Positions 48,830 through 58,902 of a DNA stretch of 64,000 bases are shown here, one piece after another; the stretch's first letter is position 1; each line of letters starts with the position of its first letter. Both the position numbers and the translations under genes were made by a program. A model generated the notes under the pieces. The model had not been told where the DNA came from. It ran no database searches and saw only the letters and a list, made by a program, of their open reading frames with translations. This stretch comes from Diadema antillarum (Eukaryota). The stretch is from the NCBI RefSeq assembly GCF_040938485.1, contig NW_027270944.1, forward strand, positions 806,001-870,000, written 5' to 3'.

Positions 48830-49745
48830 TGCCTATGTGTATGACAAAAATCATCCACTGGTTAAACAAAGTTTGCTCGTAATGGCTATTGAAGTTAAAT
48901 GCAAGCAAGCAGCCAGGTGACTTGTCATTTAACATGTTAGTTATATTTAAGGCAATATGGTAATGTGCTTTATTAAGACTTCAGAGTTTATCATTTCAAA
49001 ATACTGTAAACGGATAAATTTTTCCAGTCTGTGAAACTTTCACAAATTTTGTGAATAGCCATGATTTGTGAAAGTAAAATGCATGTGAGGTTTTTGTCTG
49101 CCCATTGCAGTTCATGTACATGCAGCATACTTTTAATTTTTTTTATGGTTGGCAATTCATGGAAGTTTCACGCTGATGCGTGCTGTTTGATCAAGGAAAG
49201 GTGATGACAAGTCACAGTGTTTGCTAAAACAGTTGGGAGAGGGAAGAAAGGAGATTGGAAAAGGAATTATTGTAGTGGTGTAGCTGAATATCCTGTTCAG
49301 CAGCTCTCTTTGCTCTACACTTTTCCTACAACCTGTCAGGGAAAGATTCACCCCATAGAGAACTTGTATGCCTAGCATAGATATGAAAAGCAGAAGAAAA
49401 GAGGAAAAGAAAAATAACACATGAATATGAAAAGTGTTGATTATTGAGTCACATCAAATGTAAATGATTCCCTATAATCTGAGATACTGATTTATCATAT
49501 GCCTGTTATTGGAATCAAGTACTGTAAAGCATTAGTTGAGATGTTACATTGTCACAAATATCATCTCTACAATATGATAGGATTTGATTTAATCTCACAC
49601 TCTCCTTCTCTCTCTTAATACTTGGTAATGTACTTTGTGTCACTTAATGTGTTTCATCTTATTGTATCTCTCTGTATTCCTCCCTGTGTTATGTAATGTG
49701 CACATTCCATGCATTCTTCTTGTATATAATGTCTAATCATCAACC

Positions 49746-49777
<32 letters not shown>

Positions 49778-49821
49778 TTCTGCCCATATGTTATGCCCAT
49801 GATTGTGACTTCTTGGAGCAG

Positions 49822-49909
49822 TGCCATGAGCATCTACATGGATACCATCAACATCTTCATCAGGATCGCCACCATCCTGGCCAACGGAGGAGGAGGGAGA
49901 CGGAAGTAG
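49822..49909 (+). CDS. GHITM: GHITM (TMBIM5/MICS1) terminal coding exon only
   Basis: gagcag|T GCC ATG AGC ATC TAC...AAG TAG = xAMSIYMDTINIFIRIATILANGGGGRRK*, closely matching the human GHITM C-terminus as recalled (NSMLSIYMDTLNIFMRVATMLATGGNRKK*). The frame is not in the ORF track. Whether it belongs to a functional gene here is unresolved. Confidence 0.85.
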
Positions 49910-50453
49910 ACGGCGGGAGGCTGGCGTCCACTCTCCCTCTGGACGGAGGAATCTGATGCCACTCCAGATTTTAATAGCGTCGCCAAACTATTAATGCCTT
50001 GCAAGTGTAAGATAGATACAGCTTATGCAAGAGGACAATCGTGAAGATGACTGTAAAGTCAGGCAAAATGCCGGGGAGAGAAGTTGGATGCAATGGATAG
50101 CGACAGGTGAAGGACATTCACTTCCTCCGGCCAGCATATTGTATTAAGAGAGGCGGAGGAGACATTGATGGATTTTGTGATGCTGACCGACATTGATGGA
50201 CTAGGTCGTCATCGTTGCTCTCTCTGACCAACTCCGGTCACTAATGGTTGTCCCTCCAGACAATTTGTGCTGTACCCAGCTCCTCGTTATGGGATCTGGT
50301 CAGTGGGTGTGTCTTCATTCTTTAGGTAAAATGATGTTGGAGTATGAATTATCGACATCCATAGATCAATTTTGACCTTTGTGTACAATCTGTATTTGCA
50401 TTCATTGAGAAAGAAGGCTGTCATAACCATTTGTTTTTGATTTGTGCTGATTC

Positions 50454-50788
50454 AAGGGTTGGTATACTTTTGGTGAGATAATTTGAAAACCACTGATATT
50501 AAGTATTATATGTTTATAAGAGAAATCAAATGCTTATATCATGAAAATCGGTTTTGAAATACCTATAAAAGTAAAGTGGTACTAAGAAAAGATGGGACCC
50601 AGCTTTTATTAGGACCATTCTGTTTTACTTTTCTTTTTATATCTCAGCCATTTCAAAATTGATTTTCATCAAATAAAAATTTAGTTCCTTTAAGAATTGT
50701 ATGCTCTTGAACATTTCGTAAGAGATTTCTGATTGTGTCACAAAAAGTTAAAATCTGAATCCCCATCTCAACCAAAACAGTACCTTTC
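50454..50788. mobile_element. MITE family B, copy 2 (downstream of the GHITM stop)
   Basis: Right end AAAAAGTTAAAATCTGAATCCCCATCTCAACCAAAACAGTACCTTT; internal ATCTCAGCCATTTCAAAA is the reverse complement of copy 1 sequence. Confidence 0.7.
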
Positions 50789-50800
50789 ATTTTTTTTTTT

Positions 50801-51058
50801 TCAATTCAATAGTGTATTTATTTCCATCATTCAAAAAGAAAAAGAAAACATGATTTAAAGCGGTACAAGTTGTCGGTTTGTCTTTCATTCGTCTGATAAA
50901 GGCAGTTTTTTTTTTTCAGATACAATATAAAGTAAATGCACCAACGAATGTCATAAAAAAGGAAACTATGCACTTTGTCATGGCAACGAAAATAAGAATA
51001 AAATAATCATAATGATGGAAAACAGTGTTCCTCTAAAAAGCCAAGCTTGTAAGACGTG
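50801..51058 (-). mobile_element. LINE 3' end fragment
   Basis: Minus strand CACGTCTTACAAGCTTGGCTTTTTAGAGGAACACTGTTTTCCATC...GGAAATAAATACACTATTGAATTGA. Confidence 0.5.
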
Positions 51059-51260
51059 AAACACTGGAAACATAACAAGGACAACATCAATGTGTTATAC
51101 CAATAAAATATATTCATATTAAATTCTTCTATATACTATTGTACATACATGTATATTAAACTACCATTTAATATGCACTTAATCAAAACAAGGCTGTTGG
51201 TGTCTGAATTACAGTAGAAAGCTCAGATTGGGTAATAATATACAAATAGTGAATGGTCAC

Positions 51261-51874
51261 GAGTGCAATGGTACAAGATTTCGCACAAGGTGAAAGATAG
51301 AGGCGCTCTATTCAACGAGGCGAAGCCGAGTTGAATAGTGCGCCTCATCTTTCACCGAGTGCGAAGTCTCGTTCCATTGCTCGAGTAAAAACCATACACT
51401 ATTTGTTTTATACAACGTCCAGGTAGATCTTTGTTATTTGGTTGGAGGATTGTTGGGTAGGTCTAAGTAGGCCTAGAAGTCTATATATGTATGAAAAATA
51501 TAGCCATACTAACATGTGGATCCACTGCGATTCTCTTTCTGGCTTGTGCAATCAGTGTAGATACAGGTCACAGCTAGCGCTCATACACGTACACTATTTA
51601 GCACTATGTAGGCCTACATACAATGTACACCCATGCATGTACCGCACACGTACACTGCGCTAGCTGCATGCGATTTTCAATATGCAAAGCAACACACAGT
51701 ACATGCAGTACCGTACAATTTCTCGAACCGTAGAATAGAACGAAAAAATCGAACCAAGTTGCACACAAAAATAGAACCAAAATTGCACGGCGCATTGAAT
51801 GGAGTACTTATTGAATATCACGTCACCAACAATCCTCCAGTCAAATTACAAGGATCTACTTGGACGTTGTATAA
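51261..51874. mobile_element. Hairpin + inverted-repeat element (possible non-autonomous Crypton-like, tentative)
   Basis: Imperfect palindrome of about 120 bp (51261-51383) centred on CGAGGCGAAGCCGAG, followed by an IR pair of about 49 bp (51409-51457 and 51826-51873). Confidence 0.6.
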
Positions 51875-52271
51875 CACTGTTTATTCACATATATTGCTCG
51901 TGTATTCTTCGTGTACTTTTATAAGTATGACAGTGAGACTAGATGACAGTAAACAAATCTGACCTTGCATCATAAAACCTACAAAAAGTGACAGTCAGTT
52001 TTCTAGTAGGTCTACCAATAAGTGTCTAAAAGTTATACTGTTTGTTCTTGATGTTCTTTAAAAAAGTGATTGCCTTCTCCTTTTTATTGCCACAAAGAGT
52101 CACCAGTGGCTTTATGCTTTCCGGTTGCCTATCAGTCTATACTTCGCTAATTGATTTTGTTCATTTTGTTCAACAATTTTAGTTACCCAAATGAAACTTG
52201 GCATTAAGATGCATTAATCGTGGAGAAGTGTATCTTTTAAAGTTCCCTTCATTTTCAATGAGTGCTCAAAA

Positions 52272-52399
52272 NNNNNNNNNNNNNNNNNNNNNNNNNNNNN
52301 NNNNNNNNNNNNNNNNNNNNNNNNNNNNNNNNNNNNNNNNNNNNNNNNNNNNNNNNNNNNNNNNNNNNNNNNNNNNNNNNNNNNNNNNNNNNNNNNNNN
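52272..52399. other. Assembly gap
   Basis: Run of N. Confidence 1.
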
Positions 52400-53087
52400 G
52401 CTCAAGATTTTACCATTATTACTTGCATTTTTTGGACATAAAATTGTTTTGGTGTTGGCAGAAAGTCACAAGTGATGTGATGAAATTAATATTATCCCTT
52501 TTTGCTTCAAACTTATGTACAATGTATATGCTTTTTCAAAATCATACATTTATTTTTATGATACCTTGCAATGTGTAACCCACGGGTTAGAAGAACTTGC
52601 ATGTTACATGTATTTAATGGAATGAAATTCATTTTTTTTTTTGAAATGATGAATTAAAAAGCATATTGATTCAATTATTGGAAGTCATCCTTTTGAAATC
52701 ACTGAGTGTGCTGACTGTACGTTATGGGGGTTGGGGTTAATTTCTTTCTTTCTCTGCTCTGAAGGGGTTGTAGGCTGTAATGGTCATCTGGATTTCCTGT
52801 CCATCTATCTGTCCACCTGTCCAGCCATCAAGAAACAACATTGATGGGCTAATTTCATCCTCTTCTGTAATTGTAGCCCAGATATGCTTTATGAAGTGTA
52901 GATGTGCTAATTACATACAATATTATTGTATGAGGCAGAATCCATCCAGGTCAAAGGTCAAGGTCAAAGTCATTAACGGTTACTGCACCTGGGGTTCCAG
53001 CTGATGCTTGAGCCAAGATGTCAAGTGAGTACAATGTAGTTTGGTGGGAGGTGGAGAAAGATGGCAATTATTTGCAATGAACAGGTT

Positions 53088-53432
53088 TTAAAGGGGATGG
53101 CTAGTATCCGATCAGTGGGAATGCTGAGGGATGATTATTTCAATCCTTGTGGGATTCATTTAAGAGTACATTATATATCTACTGTTGTGTGAAAATTATT
53201 TGCTTCAGAACGGTCTCATATTCAAGTAAAATGCCCCGTCACTGACCAGGCACGCTAACCTGGAAACATTAAACTGCACATTACTTGAATATGAGACCAT
53301 TCTGAAGTAAATAATTTTCACACAACAATAGATCTATAATGTACTCTTAAATGAATCCGACAAGGATTGGAACAATCATTCCCCAGCATTCCCACCGATT
53401 CCCACTGATCAGTTACTAGCCATCCCCTTTAA
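53088..53432. mobile_element. Foldback MITE, copy 2: TTAA|AGGGGA...TCCCCT|TTAA
   Basis: TTAA duplications at 53088-53091 and 53429-53432, purine-purine termini (Kolobok-type rather than the CC ends of piggyBac), same central loop as copy 1 with a small left-arm deletion. Confidence 0.85.
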
Positions 53433-53794
53433 GCCAAAGCTTCACTTGAGTTTATCCAGTCATAAGTTTAGTTAGGAATACATGTATTACACATTGATGT
53501 GATTTCTCATGAAGGGTGTATATGAACAGTTAGTTGATGAAAATGATCTGGATGAAGAGACCAGGTCTGTGCTTACTAGAATTCATTGTCTATGAAAAAA
53601 AAAATGTACAGTATTATTCCCCCCCTAGACTTGAAAAAGGAAAGTTCTTTTTTTTTTTTAATTCACTGGGAAATATTTCCTTTGTGCAGAGAGGGTAAAA
53701 TGTAAATCCTCGTAGTCAGTGGGCCATGATCAATGAGCTTCATCAGCTTTAAATGGATAAATTGAAGCTATTCCTATAAACTACTCACTGCAGT

Positions 53795-53834
<40 letters not shown>

Positions 53835-53895
53835 ATCAATATATGTGTGGATATACATATAGATACATCATATGTATAAATACATATTTATTCAT

Positions 53896-54036
53896 NNNNN
53901 NNNNNNNNNNNNNNNNNNNNNNNNNNNNNNNNNNNNNNNNNNNNNNNNNNNNNNNNNNNNNNNNNNNNNNNNNNNNNNNNNNNNNNNNNNNNNNNNNNNN
54001 NNNNNNNNNNNNNNNNNNNNNNNNNNNNNNNNNNNN
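53896..54036. other. Assembly gap
   Basis: Run of N. Confidence 1.
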
Positions 54037-55545
54037 CCCTACATATAAAATCTCTATACTTATACATACAGCATGTACGAATCTTATTGTTCTCTTCATT
54101 TAGTTTTGAGTTGCCATTTCTACAATGGTTGCCAATATCAATGCCATGTTGCAATTACGATGGACTTACATTTTGTACCGGCAGACAAAATACATATAAT
54201 AAAGCACATTTCTGCCCATGCAGAAATGCTCTTATGTGAGATCCGTGCTCTGCATGATAAACCACATCAAAATATAAGATGAAATATTTGCTGAGAAGAG
54301 TCACTGTGGCAGCTCTTGTCTTTGTTTCCCGCAGCATTCCATTTCAGGCACTCCACTTGATTCAAGTAATCGTGCCTCGTATTAAGGGAAGACGAATCCA
54401 TCTTCATATACAATAACTTGACAATAGGGAATGTGCGTGCAAAGTTAATCTTCCTGTCTCCGGAAAGAGCAAACCGCATGCTAAGATATTGGAACAAGCT
54501 GCACAATGTGTCCCACAGGATTTGTCCTATTGTATCCATTCGGAAAATGTAATTAGGTTTACCTCTACAGTACCGTGTCTAGCTTGGAATTGAACGGCAG
54601 ATTTTGCTGCTTTCTTTCTTGTGAGCAAAAGAAACCATTATTTCTCTAATTTGATTTTCCGCTATGTATTATTGCCTGCCTATTTAAGTACAATGCGATA
54701 GTACCATTACCTTGAAAGCAAATTACGTTGACATGACTGCTAATTAAACACTGCCCTGGTTGGCCTAGGGCTTTGCTGGCAGCTGCATCTCCCGTACTCC
54801 GCAAAATGTGGGCGGTAGCTGGTCGTTTGAAGTAAACCATGACTGGAAGCTCACAATGGCGAGACGACTGATGCTCCATCCTCCTCAAACCGCTCGATCA
54901 CTATTTTCAACACCGTCACAAGGCGCCAAAAAATGTACAAGGATGATGAAAGTATACACGCCCGGTATACACGTCACCCAAGTTACGTATCCCACCGTCC
55001 ATCAACATAATTCTATGATGACTTTGACCCATCGCCCATGCAAAACCATGTCACACATTAGAGTCATGTAACAGATTATGTGAGTTTTCCACAGCATTGA
55101 GATGAGCTGTGTTGCTATAATGATTACCCAATTTGGTGAGGTTTATCTTTTGTCTTAATCTTTAAGGTTTATCTAAAATAAAAAGCCATTGAACAAAGGG
55201 TTTGCTGTCTGTCGTAACTTCAGACATGTTTGCAAATTTTGTCAAGGCCTCCTAAACCAAACATAAAACGAAGAACTTATAGCAGCTCGTGTACTACATC
55301 TTTGTTCACATCATTAATTCTGCTATGCTACGCTATTTTAGTCGTCCATTGGCGCTAAGTTATGTTCTTATGTCTCAGACTGAACAGGTGAATTAACGCT
55401 GCTACATGATAGGCCGTTCGAGGAAATCAGGAAGAATACAAGACATGCTGTCCGTTTCTGCTCGATAAATGAATCAATTATTGATGTGATAGTTGGCACA
55501 TGCTGTGCTTACAGTGGATCTGGCATTTCAAGGTAAAGTTTGATA

Positions 55546-55605
55546 AGAGTTTTAAAGAGATTGGGAGCAGACGACAGAGTTTTAAAGAGCTTGCGAGCAG
55601 ACAAC
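55546..55605 (+). repeat. 30-bp tandem duplication
   Basis: AGAGTTTTAAAGAGATTGGGAGCAGACGAC / AGAGTTTTAAAGAGCTTGCGAGCAGACAAC (3 mismatches). Confidence 0.85.
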
Positions 55606-57547
55606 AGCTGCTCTTAACATCTTTTCTACCGACGAGGTCAAAGTAAAGTAGGTCGGGTTGTGTCCGCTATCGATGCAGAACTATCCCATTGGTTTGTACA
55701 CAAAGCTATCGTTTAAATCATGTTTTTGGTCTATGATTCAAGAACTACATCCTCTTTCCCCTTATCAAAAGACATATTTGCTCTGGTCAAAATACGACTA
55801 TTATTTGACAACATTAATTTGACGCTATATAATTCTTATTCTTTTGGGTTTTTATGCCATGACAGGAAATTTAAGTGAAGTTTTGTTTACAGTTGGACGA
55901 GAGACTTGTAAGATGATTACATCATCACCTCTCCAAATTAATTTTAGTTCATGGCTGCGACTAGCACATTCGAGAAGATTACAATGTTCGGACAGCTAGA
56001 CGACGGACTGCTGTAAGGACATGTTCGATAGAATGGGGCTTCGTCCGCTAATTTGGGAAGGGCCATTCATCTTCCCGTGGCCAGTATTGCGCTGCAATTA
56101 CATATGATTTGTTTGTTTGTTTGTTTGTTTATTTTTTCAAGGAAAAAATCCATAATCAAAACATAATTAAAACAATGATTAGATAGCTTTTTTGGGGGAC
56201 AATATTTTGTCAATATTTAGAAGTACGTAAATTGTTTATCTATTGAATTTGTATGTATGTAATACAGAAATAATGTATTGTGTTGACAAATTTTCAGTCA
56301 TTGTATCACTGGAAACGCTAAATTTTACTCTATCTTAAAGCATACGATGGACTTGTCTAACAATCTTTAATTGTGGAACGTGCAGTCATTTCTTTCCGAT
56401 GTGGAAATGTAACCGGAAAATGCTTGTTTCGCTGGCCTCTTGTCAATTCACTGAACTTACTGTTTTAAATGAAGCCATAAAAAGAGAAAGCGAGACTTGA
56501 CGTGTTCTCGTCTTAAGGTTGGCCTGTGAACGGTAGATGGCGTGATTTAACGGAGTAGAATAATGCAATCGTTTTGCGGTCGCACCGGTGCATTTATCCA
56601 CGCAGCATTGGTGTCAGGGGAAAACAATATTACTGATGATTTGATAGTTGTGATAATAACATGATGATTATTGATAGACGCTATTTAGAGAAATGCATAA
56701 CTCCTAATAAGATAATTAATGATGATACATAATTATGTGCAATAATTATGGTATAATTCATATGGCTATCAATACTCATCAAAAGCATGAAAGATTCAGT
56801 GTGTCAGTGAGGTCTACGTATTGTAAGTAGTGTATAATACAATAAACCAACATTGTACAATCTAAAGAGTGCAATTTTTCACATGAGGGGGGGGGGGGCG
56901 ATGAATTGAGGTGAGAGAAGATTTATGGTTTCATTCTGTCGAAATAACCGAATGTGTTTTCTAAATCTACGCAGAGCCAGAAATCAGACGGAAAGCGTGT
57001 CAAGCCTCTTCAAGTACATTACGTAGATGAATTCATTCGCTGATTATTATGAGCGACTACTTTAAAAAGCTTAATTTTGAATATCACTGGGATCGGAGCT
57101 GTAAAAGTTGCTCATGTCAACAACAAAGAAACTTATTGGAATAGAGTTGAGTAACGCACCAACGTACGTGTCGATTATTATCGACTAGAGGCATTTAGTA
57201 TGTTAATTCTTCTCACATTGCCGTCATCATTCACAGTTTCCATCTGATGCCGTCATTCTATTTTTATTCATCTTTTTATTAAATTTCAACCAATTCATTG
57301 TGACGTGTTATATGAAAGGCAAAGTGAAGTGACCATGTCACCCAGGAATGTCCTGTTAGTAACTGAAGTGTGAGACCGCAGAGGTGGGTCGAATCAGGGA
57401 GGTTGTCTCACCTCCCTGGTCGAATCCATTAATTTATCAACCAGCGCAGCACACGGAAATACTGTAACTCCTCTGTCGAACCGTAGAGGGCAGACTATAA
57501 CGCCATATCTCCTAGGACTTTGAGGTGGTTCAGCAGCTCGACATTGA

Positions 57548-57680
57548 TAGCGAGCTTTAGATCTGTGACGCGAACGCTAAGACGACGCATCTTTCCAGGT
57601 TAGACAATACAGTCGTCTCGCGCATGTGCACAACACAATTTTCTTTAACCGAATAGCGTTGTCTTAGCGTTTGCATCGCA
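57548..57680. mobile_element. Short MITE remnant with a 25-bp inverted repeat (Harbinger-like start, tentative)
   Basis: TGTGACGCGAACGCTAAGACGACGC (57564-57588) versus GCGTTGTCTTAGCGTTTGCATCGCA (57656-57680), 4 mismatches. Confidence 0.45.
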
Positions 57681-57702
57681 TACACACGTGCTGACGAAAA
57701 AA

Positions 57703-57751
<49 letters not shown>

Positions 57752-58380
57752 TGTTTGTGTCTGTCTGCGTCTGTGTCTGTGTCTGTGTTAGTGTGTGTAC
57801 TCGGGGGTGGGTCTTTTAAACCTCCGTCAGAGGTCCTTTATTAGGCCTTATTATACATGGTTTCACCACTCAAAATTTTGCACGTGCTTTCTATGGTTGT
57901 CGTGATTGTATACGTCAAATCATAAGTCTTCTGAATTAAAGAAGATAATAAAGATAATAAAAAATCGTGTACAGTTTGGCCTCTATTCTGCCTGCAGAAT
58001 GGATTCAACTTTAACGACGAATTGTTGGATTAGCTTGTGATCTTATATCCATAAACTGGTGTTATTATAATATGATTAAAAGAGATCAGTCACCATTTTG
58101 AGAATGCAGGGAGAGATATTAACCGTGCTTATGTCTAGTATCTTTTATAATACTTCACTCCACACACAAACATAGACACCATTCATGTTGTAAGTAGTAA
58201 TGGTAGCAATGTTGTATTACAGTCAACATTTTGTGTGCTTGTGTGTGTGTTTTTTTATCGCTTCATAAAACCGTCATAGTGTTTTGAAATTATGCCATTT
58301 ATGATGGTGCGTATAATAGCAACATTATACTTATGTACACTGTATGTCTACAGTACTGACATCAGTTATCGAGCATAATA

Positions 58381-58568
58381 CAGTGGGCTCCCGTTATAAC
58401 GAAGTCTTCAGGACCGGCGGTTTTCTTTCGTTATATCGAAATTTCGTTATAACCGAACAAATAGGCAATGAAAAAGCATAGAGTGGATAATGTTGCAGCC
58501 TGAATTTTTATTCCGTTTTAACCGCGGAATTTCTTTGTAACCATGTTAGTTATGACGGGAGTGTACTG
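58381..58568. mobile_element. Tc1/mariner (pogo/Tigger-type) MITE
   Basis: TA|CAGTGGGCTCCCGTTATAAC...GTTATGACGGGAGTGTACTG|TA: TA target duplication and CAGT-initiated TIRs of about 20 bp. Confidence 0.8.
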
Positions 58569-58835
58569 TACCTACATTATCATACAATCCCATGTCAAAC
58601 GTCATACTTGCATGACGGAATACACCATAATCATCGGTCATAAAAGCACACACTATACTCTTCCAACTTCTCTCGACACTAACTATATGGCCAGTCAAAA
58701 AGGGGGATGCCCATATTCAGGGGAATTAATGTTCGTAATATCCTTCCGCTTTATCAGTATATGCCGATAACAGACAGACATAACTGTCATTAAGGTTTCA
58801 TGTGGCAGGGAAAAAGGAAGCAAGAAGCAATTATA

Positions 58836-58837
<2 letters not shown>

Positions 58838-58883
<46 letters not shown>

Positions 58884-58902
58884 ATATAATATAATATAAT
58901 TA
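58838..58902 (+). repeat. (TA)n/(TAATA)n microsatellite
   Basis: Read directly from the sequence. Confidence 0.9.

Noticed and set aside
55388-55532. Open plus-strand frame between an AG and AG|GTAAAG
   Set aside because: No recognisable homology and no partner exons.
54100-56100. Higher-complexity region that might be a decayed transposon coding sequence
   Set aside because: No transposase or RT motif could be read in the frames I translated.
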